Positions 13,412-22,816 of a stretch of DNA of 64,000 nucleotides are shown here, in pieces. Below the pieces are notes generated by a model. That model searched no databases. It was not told the origin of the DNA and saw nothing but the letters and a program-made list of their open reading frames with translations. A program made the position numbers and the translations under genes. The stretch covers positions 40,307 through 104,306 of the forward strand of contig JAHFVD010000022.1 in the NCBI GenBank assembly GCA_023264735.1. Direction: 5' to 3'. This stretch comes from Mycobacterium sp. (GTDB lineage Bacteria; Actinomycetota; Actinomycetes; Mycobacteriales; Mycobacteriaceae). Position 1 is the stretch's first letter; each line of letters starts with the position of its first letter.

Positions 13412-16249
13412 TCAGAAACCGGTCCAATTCTGCGAGGTGCTGGCCGGCGTGCTGGTGACAACACCATTGACGACGACGTAGTAACCGTCAGTGGCGGTGA
13501 GCGTGACCGAATTACTATTGTTCGGACCCGCCAGTGAACTGGTGGCGGCACCAAGGACACCGCCGAAGGTGAAGCTCCACCCGCTTGTCTGGCTAAACGA
13601 TAGAGAGTCTCCATCAAGGTCGTTGACGTTGATGAGGCTCACTGTGGGCGACAGCCCGAAGAAGCTAGCCTTGTTGCCACCCGAGATCGTCGGCGCCCTG
13701 TTGGTCGCGTAGACCGGCACCTTCACAGCCAGTGTGTTGCTGCCTCCGTAACCGTCGGCGACGGTGACGTCGATGTAGTCATTCACCGCACTGTCGGCCG
13801 CACCGATCTTGGCCGCCGCGTGAGATTGCGCGTCGGACACGGTTCGGGTGTAGGTGTACGTTCCGTCGCCCTTAAGGACCACGGTGCCACCGTTTCTCGT
13901 GCTGACGCTGATGGTACCTGTACCGGTCGGGGCGGCCTGCCCGTTGATCGTCACCGCGTCCCCGTCAGCATCGCTCCAGCTGATTTTCCCCGCGGTCGTC
14001 TGCGTGGTGCCACTGCGACCCCCGACCGCCGCCGCCGTGACGACGGAGACCACTGGTGCGCTGTTGGCCACTGTCGGGTTGACGTTGACCACCGCGATCG
14101 TCACGGTCTTTCCGGTGCTGTCGGTTCCGAGGATCGTGAACGAGTCCTGCGTGGGCTGGGTGTGACCCGCCGCCGTCCGAGTGTAGGTGAAGCTGCCGTC
14201 GGCATTGAGAACCACGTTGCCCCGCAGCGCATTCGGGGCCGTACCGATGCTGTAGGTCATCAGGCCGGTGTCGGCACCGCTGATGTTCAGACCACCGGTG
14301 ACCTTGCCCGGTACCGCGGTGCTTGTCGTCACCGGCGATGTCGCGCTGACGGGCACGGACACGGTCGTCGTGTAGGTATGGCCGAAGCTGTCGGTGCTTG
14401 TCAGCTGGAACGAGTCCGACGTCGCGCCCGACGCCCTGTTCGGGATGTAGGTGTACGCACCGGTGGTCGGATTGAGCTTGACGATGCCGCCATTGGCGGT
14501 ATCGGCCGATCCCCCGTTGGCACCGACCAGTGAGTAGGTCATCGGGTTGTCGGGGTTGTTCGGTGCCGAGACAACACCGCGAACCACACCCATCGCCGAG
14601 GTGCTGCCGACCGTGTTGGTCATCGACCCGACAGCCTGGTTGTAGTAGACGGTCACGGTGACCGTCTTCTGCGTCTCGTTGCCGTTCGGCATGTACGGCT
14701 TGGAGACGCTGATCTGTCCATCGCCTTGGGCGAGAACCGTCATGGTGAAGGTCAGTGTCTTCGGAGACTTGTCACTGGACAACGGATTCCAGTCCCACAC
14801 CGTCCAGTTCATCCGCCCGTTGGTGCCGTCGACGACGGTGACGGTGAACCTGCTGTCGTTGGGTTCGGTGAATCCGTACGAGGTGATCGGGTCGCCGTCG
14901 GCGTCGTAGAACTGCACGTAGCCCGAGACGGTGGTGCCGCTGGCGTTCGGCAGATGCTGACCGGTCTGTTGCATATCGGTCACCACGGGCTGGTGATCGG
15001 TCGCGACATCCGCGAACCGCCGGAAGATCGCAACCACCACGACATACATGGCCAACGACACCGGATTCGGAGCCGGCCCGATGTTGATGTCCATGTCCAA
15101 CACGACCTTTGGCGAAAGGAAGGCCGCTCTCGCCGCCCCGATGACGCCATCCAGGTCGTTCGCGGTGAGCCCGTTGATCACGGGGTTCGCTGCGATATCC
15201 CGCATCGCCCCGGCGAGGCTCACCGCCTCGTCGATCCAGTGCTGGATGTCGACGGTCTGGGAGGTGTTGAACAGCACGATGGCACCCGCGAGGACCGCAG
15301 CCGTCACCGAAGCCTGCGTGATGGTCGATGGCGCGCCGTCGACCATCTTGAACGGCGGCACGAATTGGTCCATCAGGGTTGCCAGGCCGTTGAGGCCGTA
15401 GGAGAACCTGTCGACCACGATCGAGGGCTTGAAGAACGCGCCCAAGAACGTGACCGGGAATTTGAGCCAGCCGTTGGCGGAAGTGAGCGGTGCCGCCATC
15501 AGCGCGTCGAGCTGCGCCGCCCAGGCGTCGAGCGTTGTCTGGATGTCATAGCGCGCGGGCGTAGTGATCGGACCCGCGCCGTCCTGGACGGCTGTTAGGT
15601 CACCGGCCATCGAGTACGCCGCAGCTGACGGGGCGGCGGCCGCAGCTCTGGCAGAGGTGGACTTCGCGACCTTGGGATTGACCGCGCCCGTTGCGTTTTC
15701 GTTCGTCGGGCTGGGGACCGACGCTGTCGGTGAGTCCTTCGCTGTTGAGTCAGCCGGTGGCGTCGTCACCGTGCCATCGGTGGTCGAGGTTGCGGGCGTC
15801 GTGGTGGCATCCGTCGAACTTGGCGTCGTCGTCGAGGTTGTCGGTTGCGCGGTGGTGTCCGTCGCGTCACTGCCGGCAACGACGGGTCGGGCCGATCCTA
15901 ACGACCGGACCGACACCGACGAACCGCTGTTGGAGTTCGCCGCCGGCTGCTTGCCCGTCGAGCGGGTGCGCGCAGGTCCGGCAGATGCGTTGGTGCGGCT
16001 GGGGGTAGCGGAATGGCCGGAATTACTCCCGGAATTACTCGATGAATGCGGTGCTGATCCGGAATCCGACGAGCCGCCATCGGTGGAGGCTGCAGCCACA
16101 CCCTGGCCTACCCCGACCGCCAGACTCAGCCCAACGGCGGCGGCGAAGATGCCGTTACGAGCCGCGCGTTTCCGGTTGCGAGCGACGACCTTCCGATGTC
16201 GCGCTGCCTGCTTTCTGTGGCGACCTGCCTGCTTCTTCTGTGAAGCCAC
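13412..16249 (-). CDS. large secreted repeat protein. Basic GRHRK-type leader plus signal peptide, S/T/A/P-rich linker, unassigned central domain, C-terminal cadherin/VCBS-like repeats
   Basis: 945 aa, GTG start with a GGGAG SD. N-terminus is MASQKKQAGRHRKQAARHRK..AAAVGLSLAVGVGQGVAAAS. Repeats carry NxAP(T/V) boundaries and the DADGD motif. High GC3 throughout. It is a paralog of the next gene. Confidence 0.8.
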   Translation of the reverse strand: MASQKKQAGRHRKQAARHRKVVARNRKRAARNGIFAAAVGLSLAVGVGQGVAAASTDGGSSDSGSAPHSSSNSGSNSGHSATPSRTNASAGPARTRSTGKQPAANSNSGSSVSVRSLGSARPVVAGSDATDTTAQPTTSTTTPSSTDATTTPATSTTDGTVTTPPADSTAKDSPTASVPSPTNENATGAVNPKVAKSTSARAAAAAPSAAAYSMAGDLTAVQDGAGPITTPARYDIQTTLDAWAAQLDALMAAPLTSANGWLKFPVTFLGAFFKPSIVVDRFSYGLNGLATLMDQFVPPFKMVDGAPSTITQASVTAAVLAGAIVLFNTSQTVDIQHWIDEAVSLAGAMRDIAANPVINGLTANDLDGVIGAARAAFLSPKVVLDMDINIGPAPNPVSLAMYVVVVAIFRRFADVATDHQPVVTDMQQTGQHLPNASGTTVSGYVQFYDADGDPITSYGFTEPNDSRFTVTVVDGTNGRMNWTVWDWNPLSSDKSPKTLTFTMTVLAQGDGQISVSKPYMPNGNETQKTVTVTVYYNQAVGSMTNTVGSTSAMGVVRGVVSAPNNPDNPMTYSLVGANGGSADTANGGIVKLNPTTGAYTYIPNRASGATSDSFQLTSTDSFGHTYTTTVSVPVSATSPVTTSTAVPGKVTGGLNISGADTGLMTYSIGTAPNALRGNVVLNADGSFTYTRTAAGHTQPTQDSFTILGTDSTGKTVTIAVVNVNPTVANSAPVVSVVTAAAVGGRSGTTQTTAGKISWSDADGDAVTINGQAAPTGTGTISVSTRNGGTVVLKGDGTYTYTRTVSDAQSHAAAKIGAADSAVNDYIDVTVADGYGGSNTLAVKVPVYATNRAPTISGGNKASFFGLSPTVSLINVNDLDGDSLSFSQTSGWSFTFGGVLGAATSSLAGPNNSNSVTLTATDGYYVVVNGVVTSTPASTSQNWTGF

Positions 16250-16327
16250 CGACTCTCCCGATAGTGAAACGTGGCATACCTCATATCCCCGCAGGTCTAG
16301 AGATACACACCACTTTGTTGATGCCGC

Positions 16328-16357
16328 AACGTAACACTCCGTACTTATTTTCGCCAG
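16328..16357 (-). promoter_or_regulatory. candidate SigA-type promoter of the 945-aa repeat protein gene
   Basis: The minus strand reads CTGGCG-18 nt-TACGTT, about 72 nt upstream of the GTG. The block is conserved with the one upstream of the paralog. Confidence 0.3.
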
Positions 16358-16617
16358 AATCTTCGGGCCCCGAGAGTGTCACAGTCTATTGAACTGGGGT
16401 TTTAAGGATGCGACAGTCAGGACCCATGTGTCTCAAGTGTTAGTGAACGTGTTCTAGTTTAGAAATCAGCAAATTTACGCACATGATCCGTAAGATCTGT
16501 TATGGCCGGCCGATAGGGCGTCGTTCCACCACGGCAAGACGGCGCGGGTGATGCTGATCTACAGCGGGCCGGGTCACGGTGTGGCCATTGGGCGCGTACG
16601 GGTGGCCGAAGCCCGGG

Positions 16618-19560
16618 CTAGAGGTTCTGTTGAGCCGTATACGTCACGGAGTAGCTGGCCGGCGTGCTGCTCACAACGCCGTTGTTCACGACGTAGTAGC
16701 CGTCGTAGACGGTGAGGACGATGAAGTCGCCGGTGCCGGTGCCACTGGTGCTGAGGATATTGAGGAAGGAGTCGTAGCTAGCGCTGCCGTGCGCCGGCTG
16801 CTGGGTGATGGTGTACGTCGTGGAGTCGCTGTCGCCGTCGCTGCCGGAGACCGATGTCCAGTAGGTGTAGGTGCCCAGGATGGTGCTTCCGGCCCAGCGA
16901 ATTCCGCTGGACAGCGTTGGGGCGGTGTTGGCGGCGTAGATCGGCACGGACGCGGTGTATGTCGTTGTGCCGCCGAAGGGGTCGCTGACTGTTGCGGTGA
17001 AGGTGTCACCGACCGCGTTGCCGGTGGCCCCGATCTTGGCTGCGGCGTGGTAGTAGGAGTAGCCCTTGTCGATGACGTAGCTGAAGGTCCCGTCGGCGTT
17101 GATCACCACCGTGCCGCCGTTGACCGTGGTGAAAGTGCCTGGGGTGTAGGTCAGGGGGTCGCCGTCGGCGTCGGTGGCATGCAGTGTGCCGGTGACGGAC
17201 TGCTTGAGGGTGCCGATGCCGAGTATGCGGTCGTCTTGCAGGTTGGAGGTGCCGACCGTGGTCGTGCCGGGTGTCGGTGCGCTATTGACCACCACAGGTT
17301 CGACGGCCAGGTTCAGGGTGACTGTGCGGCCGTTGGCGTCGGTGGCAATCACCGTGACCACATCGCTATTCGCCGTCGTGCGGCCCACGCTCGAGGTGTA
17401 GGTGAACGCGCCGGTGGCCGGGTTGAAGGATGTCACCGTGCCCCTCGTCGGGCTCGCTCCCAGTGCATAACTGGTAAAGACGCCGGCATCACCGCTCGGG
17501 ACTGGCACAGAACCAGTCACGACGTACGGCGTCGAGGTGTTGAGATTGCCCGGTGTGATCGACGTGGTGTTGGACACCGTGACCGCCGCGATGGTGGTGC
17601 CGCCGTGGCCGTCGGTCATCTGCACCTGGAAGCTCTGCGTAGCGCCGGCTGTCGCCGACGAAACATAGGTAAGGGCGCCGGTGGTCGAGTCCAGGGTGAT
17701 GATGCCGCCGTTGCCGGCGCCATTCTTGGTGTAGGCGGAGTTGTTACTCAGGCCGTTGACCGACGAGCCGACCAGCGAGTACGTCAGCGTGTCACCGTCA
17801 GAGTCGCTTCCTCCGACGCTGCCACGCACGACGCCTAGGCCGTCGGCAGTACCCATCGCCGGGGACGATGTGGGCGCGCTGTTCGACCCGTCGATGATCT
17901 TGATGCTGAAGGTGACGGTGTAATTGACGCCGTCTGCGGACGTCACCGGGATGTTCACGGTGTCGTATCTATCGGCCTCATTTTCTGACGTTGCCCGGTG
18001 GAAGAATGCCGCGCCGGGAAGCGTGTTGGTGTAGGTGAATCCACCGCCGCTGGTGTTGATGGTGACCAGCCCGCCGCCTTCCGAGACAAAGGTCCCGAGT
18101 AGCGACGTCCCGAAGTCCACCGATCTGCCATCGGGATCCACCGCGTGGAACGTGCCTGCCGCGTACTCCGAGCGGGTGCTGTCACTGCCCAAGCTCAGCG
18201 TGTAGAGCCAACTGTCGTAGGTTGTGCTCGTCGTGAAGACCGTCAGGGCGGCCATCTCCTGAAACCGCTTGTACATGGCGACCAGCGCGACGTAGGTCAC
18301 GACCGTGAATGGATTGACCTGCGCGGCGGTCCAGGTCGGCAGCGTTATATCCCACGCCCTGGTCGGGTCGTAGAAAGCTCCACCGTCGCTGAGCCCCAAC
18401 GTCAGCGTGGCCGCAGCCTGCGCCGCAGCGATCTTGGTGTCGAGACTGGTGGAGTCTGTGAGGTCAGCCCGGGTGACCACGGCGCCGGTGGTCGCCTTGA
18501 TGACGTCGATCTCCCACTGGGCCGGGTCGTAGACGCCGTTGAGCATGTCGGTCAAGACCGTTGCCGTACCGGCCACGGCAGCGCCCATGATCTTGTACTG
18601 CGTGATGACGCCGAAGGTCCCCGCCCCTGGGGCGATATTGAACGGCGGCACGATCCGGTTCAGGAAGTCGCCCCACGCGTTGATGGTGTCGCTGAACGTA
18701 TAGCTGGGGATCGCCGGCTTGACGAAGAGGCCGAGGATGCTGCTGAGATCTGGAATCCACCGTGCCGGGCTGCCCGCGACCGCGCTGGCGATCAGGGCGT
18801 CGAGCTGATCGTCAATGGCGTCGAGGCTCTGGTCGGTGAGATGGTTGGTGATCGTGACGAAGTTGTGCGGCAGCCCGGGCCAGCCGGCGAGCCGGTTGAT
18901 CGCCCTCGTCAGGACGGCCGTGAAGTACCACGCCCCGGTCCCCGCTGCCGGGGTCGCCGCGGCGGTCGGCGTCGCCGACGCAGCAGGAGCTGCTTTGGCA
19001 GCGGCCGTCGTCGGTTTTTCCGTTTGCAGAGCGCTGGCGGTTGTCTCGACGGTCTTTGGGGTCTCCACCGCGGCCGAGGAGCCCGGGCTGGTCTGGGCCA
19101 CCGAGTTGGTCGGTGTCACGGAGGCGGTCTGGGTCGCCGTACCGTCGGTGAGGCTCTCCTGGCCACTTGGCAGGCTCGTCGAGGCGGCGGTGGTCGTCGA
19201 GGTGGCGGTGGTAGTGGCGGCGCTCGAACCGGTGACGCTTGGGGCAGCAGGAGGACGGGGAGCCGCTGACGATTGCTTAGCGGAGGGGCGCTTGCGCGCA
19301 GGTCCGGCCGTTCCTGTTGCACGCGTAGATTTCGATGAAGTTCCGGCATCAGCGGCAGAACTCGCCTTTGCCGCGGAATCCGGCGAACCGGCATCCGTCG
19401 TAGCCGACGCCACTCCTTGACCCGTCGCGGCCGCCAGACCGACCCCCACCGCCGCGGCCAGGATTCCGTTGCGAGCCGCGCGCTGCCGGTTACCAGCCAC
19501 CTGTTTGCGGTGCCGCGCCTTCTGCTTCCTGTGGCGACCTGCGCGCTTCTTGGAACTCAC
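16618..19560 (-). CDS. large secreted repeat protein, paralog of 13412..16249
   Basis: 980 aa, GTG start with a GGGAG SD. N-terminus is MSSKKRAGRHRKQKARHRK..AAAVGVGLAAATGQGVASAT. Same four-part architecture, including DADGDPLTYT and INADGTFSY motifs. Confidence 0.8.
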   Translation of the reverse strand: MSSKKRAGRHRKQKARHRKQVAGNRQRAARNGILAAAVGVGLAAATGQGVASATTDAGSPDSAAKASSAADAGTSSKSTRATGTAGPARKRPSAKQSSAAPRPPAAPSVTGSSAATTTATSTTTAASTSLPSGQESLTDGTATQTASVTPTNSVAQTSPGSSAAVETPKTVETTASALQTEKPTTAAAKAAPAASATPTAAATPAAGTGAWYFTAVLTRAINRLAGWPGLPHNFVTITNHLTDQSLDAIDDQLDALIASAVAGSPARWIPDLSSILGLFVKPAIPSYTFSDTINAWGDFLNRIVPPFNIAPGAGTFGVITQYKIMGAAVAGTATVLTDMLNGVYDPAQWEIDVIKATTGAVVTRADLTDSTSLDTKIAAAQAAATLTLGLSDGGAFYDPTRAWDITLPTWTAAQVNPFTVVTYVALVAMYKRFQEMAALTVFTTSTTYDSWLYTLSLGSDSTRSEYAAGTFHAVDPDGRSVDFGTSLLGTFVSEGGGLVTINTSGGGFTYTNTLPGAAFFHRATSENEADRYDTVNIPVTSADGVNYTVTFSIKIIDGSNSAPTSSPAMGTADGLGVVRGSVGGSDSDGDTLTYSLVGSSVNGLSNNSAYTKNGAGNGGIITLDSTTGALTYVSSATAGATQSFQVQMTDGHGGTTIAAVTVSNTTSITPGNLNTSTPYVVTGSVPVPSGDAGVFTSYALGASPTRGTVTSFNPATGAFTYTSSVGRTTANSDVVTVIATDANGRTVTLNLAVEPVVVNSAPTPGTTTVGTSNLQDDRILGIGTLKQSVTGTLHATDADGDPLTYTPGTFTTVNGGTVVINADGTFSYVIDKGYSYYHAAAKIGATGNAVGDTFTATVSDPFGGTTTYTASVPIYAANTAPTLSSGIRWAGSTILGTYTYWTSVSGSDGDSDSTTYTITQQPAHGSASYDSFLNILSTSGTGTGDFIVLTVYDGYYVVNNGVVSSTPASYSVTYTAQQNL

Positions 19561-19649
19561 CCATACTCCCGCTCATCGAGGCATGCGCAAACGCATACGA
19601 CGCGGCTCACGCACATTGCTTGGGAGAGACGCAGAAATCTACTGTCCGC

Positions 19650-19678
19650 AACTTAACATCACCCCGTATTGTCGCCAA
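19650..19678 (-). promoter_or_regulatory. candidate SigA-type promoter of the 980-aa repeat protein gene
   Basis: The minus strand reads TTGGCG-17 nt-TAAGTT, about 83 nt upstream of the GTG, inside a locally AT-richer intergenic region. Confidence 0.3.
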
Positions 19679-19810
19679 GGACAATTCGAAATATTGCCCA
19701 TGCGAGTCGCTGATCAGCGAACTTGATAGTCCGGACGCTATCGACTTTCAGTTCCGCGTAAGTAAGCAGCAAACGCTCGTACTGATCGTTTGATTAGTAT
19801 TACGGAAGTG

Positions 19811-20410
19811 TCACCGCTCGCGATCGGCCAGCAACCGTTCCACGTATTTGGCGATGACATCGACCTCAAGATTCACCGGCGTCCCGACCGGGGCGCGACC
19901 CAGCGTGGTCAGCGACAACGTCGTCGGGATCAGCGACACCTCGAACCAGTCGTCGCCGAGTCCGGAGACCGTCAGCGAAATGCCGTCGACGGTAATTGAA
20001 CCCTTTTCCACGACGTAGCGGGACAACTCGGGTGGCAGCGCGATCCGCACGACCTCCCAGTGTTCGGACGGCGACCGGGACTCCACCCGGCCGGTCCCGT
20101 CGACATGACCTTGGACGATGTGGCCGCCGAGTCGGCTGTTGATCGCCGCGGCCCGCTCGAGGTTCACCACGCTGCCGACGTCGACAGCCGCCAGGCTGGA
20201 CCGGTTGAGCGTCTCGGCCATCACGTCGGCACTGAACTGCCCGTCGGGCAGCACGTCGACCACAGTCAGGCACACGCCATTGACCGCGATCGAGTCGCCG
20301 TGACGGGCGTCGGTGGTGACGACAGGGCCGCGGATGACGAATCGGGCGGAATCGGCCAGTTCATCCTTGCCAACCACCTCGCCCAGTTCCTCGACGATTC
20401 CGGTGAACAC
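19811..20410 (-). CDS. ribE: riboflavin synthase alpha chain
   Basis: 199 aa, MFTGIVEELGEV, with a duplicated lumazine-binding repeat (GDSIAVNGVCLTV / GSITVDGISLTV). Confidence 0.93.
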   Translation of the reverse strand: MFTGIVEELGEVVGKDELADSARFVIRGPVVTTDARHGDSIAVNGVCLTVVDVLPDGQFSADVMAETLNRSSLAAVDVGSVVNLERAAAINSRLGGHIVQGHVDGTGRVESRSPSEHWEVVRIALPPELSRYVVEKGSITVDGISLTVSGLGDDWFEVSLIPTTLSLTTLGRAPVGTPVNLEVDVIAKYVERLLADRER

Positions 20411-20540
20411 GGGCCCAATCTAGCCCGACCCCGACGACACACGCTTAGTCCCGCTAAAATCGCAGATCACGGCGCATAATGCGGGCCCTGCCCCGCCCGG
20501 CAGCGCAAGCTTCGTCGGGCCGACCCTCTACGATGCACCT

Positions 20541-21242
20541 ATGCCGACGTGCCGCCGAATGTTTGCCGTCCTTGTCGCCCTCCTTGCCACAGCAGCCCTG
20601 CTTGTCGCGGGCTGCTCCTCGTCGTCGAAGCCCTCCGAGCCACTACCGGACGCCGCTGGAGTGCTGCAGCAGTCCATCGCCGTCACCAAGGGCCTCAAGA
20701 GCGCCCACCTCGAGATCACCGTGTCCGGCAAGATCGACGGTCTGCCCATCAAGAAGCTCTCCGGAGATCTGACCAATGTGCCGGCCGTCGCGATCTCCGG
20801 CAGCTCGACAATCTCCATGGGTGGCTCGGATGTCGACATCCAGCTGGTGGTGTCGGATGGGACCCTCTACGCCGCGCTGACCCCAAACAATTGGCTGGAC
20901 ATGGGCCCGGCCAAAGATATCTATGACCCATCGGTGATCCTCAACCCGGACAACGGCCTGGCCAACTTGCTCGCCAGCGTCACCGACGCCAAGTCGGAGG
21001 CGAGCGAGACGATCAACGGCGTGGACACCATCCGGATTTCCGGTAAGGTCACCGCCGACGCCGTCACCAAATTGATCCCTCAGATCAAGTCGAGCACCCC
21101 TCTGCCGGGGACGGTGTGGATCCAGAAGAGCGACCCACATCAGCTGGTGCAGGCCAAGGTGGATACCGGCAATGGCAGCGCCGTGCAGCTGAACCTGTCG
21201 GAGTGGGACAAGCCGGTCACCGTCACCAAGCCCGCCGTCTGA
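20541..21242 (+). CDS. lprG: lipoprotein LprG (lipid/lipoglycan-binding LppX/LprAFG family)
   Basis: 233 aa with the lipobox LLVAGCSSS. It sits immediately upstream of the P55-type MFS gene, as in the conserved lprG-p55 operon. Confidence 0.9.
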   Translation: MPTCRRMFAVLVALLATAALLVAGCSSSSKPSEPLPDAAGVLQQSIAVTKGLKSAHLEITVSGKIDGLPIKKLSGDLTNVPAVAISGSSTISMGGSDVDIQLVVSDGTLYAALTPNNWLDMGPAKDIYDPSVILNPDNGLANLLASVTDAKSEASETINGVDTIRISGKVTADAVTKLIPQIKSSTPLPGTVWIQKSDPHQLVQAKVDTGNGSAVQLNLSEWDKPVTVTKPAV

Positions 21243-21253
21243 CGGCCTGAATC

Positions 21254-22816
21254 ATGGCTGACTCCCCCGACACCGCCGCCCACCGGGCGCAGAGCACCGG
21301 CCGCAGCCGCCGGATAGCGATCAGCGCAGGGAGCCTGGCAGTCATGCTCGGCGCGCTCGACACCTATGTCGTCGTCACGATCATGGTCGACATCATGTCG
21401 ACGGTCGGCATCCCGGTGAACAAGCTCCAGCAGGTCACCCCGATCATCACCTGGTACCTGCTCGGCTACATCGCAGCGATGCCGCTGCTGGGCCGGTTAT
21501 CCGACCGCTTCGGCCGCAAACTCGTGCTGCAGCTGTCCCTGGTCACCTTTGCGGTCGGCTCGGTGGTGACGGCGCTGTCCACCGACCTGACCATGCTGGT
21601 CATCGGCCGGCTCATCCAGGGTGTCGCCAGCGGCGCCCTGCTACCCGTCACGCTGGCGCTGGCCGCCGACCTGTGGGCGGCCCGCAGTCGGGCCACGGTG
21701 CTCGGCGGCATCGGCGCCGCCCAGGAACTCGGCAGCGTGCTCGGCCCGCTCTACGGCATCGGCGTGGTGCTGGCACTGGGCAAATGGCAAGACGTGTTCT
21801 GGATCAACGTGCCGCTGACCGTGATCGCGATGATCATGATCCACTTCAGCCTGCCTGGCCACGACCGCTCCGCGAATCCCGAAAGGGTCGATCTGGTCGG
21901 CGGCATCCTGCTCGCGATCGCATTGGGCCTGGCCGTCATCGGTCTGTACAACCCGTCACCCGACGGAAAGCAGCTCCTTCCGCCGCACGGCCTGATCCTG
22001 GTCGGCGGGGCGATCGTCGCCGCGATCACGTTCGGGGTGTGGGAGAAATTCGCGCGCACCCGGCTGATCGAACCGGCCGGCGTCCGGTTCGTGCCATTCC
22101 TGGCCGCGCTGGGCACCTCGCTGTGCGCGGGCGCGGCGCTGATGGTCACGCTGGTCAACGTCGAGTTGTTCGGCCAGGGCGTACTGGCCAAGGACCAGAC
22201 GCAGGCCGCGTTCCTGCTGCTGCACTTCCTGATCGCGCTGCCGATCGGCGCGCTGATCGGCGGCTGGATCGCCACCCGGATCGGCGACCGGATCGTCGCC
22301 ACGGCAGGCATGCTGATCTCCGCGGGTGCCTATTGGCTGGTGTCGCATTGGGGCACCAATGTGGCGAGCGCGCGCCACGATCTGGGCTTCGTGTCGCTGC
22401 CGGTGATCGACACTGATCTGGCGCTGGCCGGTCTCGGGCTCGGTCTGGTGATCGGCCCGCTCACCTCGGCCGCGTTGCGCGTGGTGCCGTCGGCCCAGCA
22501 CGGCATCGCGTCGTCGCTGGTCGTGGTGGCCCGGATGACCGGCATGCTGATCGGTGTCGCGGCGTTGAGCGCATGGGGCCTGTACCGGTTCAACCAGATC
22601 CTGGCCACCCTGCCCAGCCCGGGCGGCAACAGCCTGGCCGCCAAACTCGCCGGTGAGGCCGAGCGCTATCGCACCGCGTTCGCCATGCAGTACGGCTCGA
22701 TCTTCTTCATCACGGTCATCGTGTGCCTGGTCGGTGCCGCGCTGGCCCTGTTCATCGGCGGCAAGCAGCCGCATCCCGCTGAGGAGCCGGCGGCCGAATC
22801 CTCAGTACCCGCGTAG
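21254..22816 (+). CDS. MFS efflux transporter, P55 (Rv1410c)-like, 14-TM DHA2 type
   Basis: 520 aa, MFS motif [10 protein letters not shown], many TM helices, operon partner of lprG. Confidence 0.9.
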   Translation: MADSPDTAAHRAQSTGRSRRIAISAGSLAVMLGALDTYVVVTIMVDIMSTVGIPVNKLQQVTPIITWYLLGYIAAMPLLGRLSDRFGRKLVLQLSLVTFAVGSVVTALSTDLTMLVIGRLIQGVASGALLPVTLALAADLWAARSRATVLGGIGAAQELGSVLGPLYGIGVVLALGKWQDVFWINVPLTVIAMIMIHFSLPGHDRSANPERVDLVGGILLAIALGLAVIGLYNPSPDGKQLLPPHGLILVGGAIVAAITFGVWEKFARTRLIEPAGVRFVPFLAALGTSLCAGAALMVTLVNVELFGQGVLAKDQTQAAFLLLHFLIALPIGALIGGWIATRIGDRIVATAGMLISAGAYWLVSHWGTNVASARHDLGFVSLPVIDTDLALAGLGLGLVIGPLTSAALRVVPSAQHGIASSLVVVARMTGMLIGVAALSAWGLYRFNQILATLPSPGGNSLAAKLAGEAERYRTAFAMQYGSIFFITVIVCLVGAALALFIGGKQPHPAEEPAAESSVPA

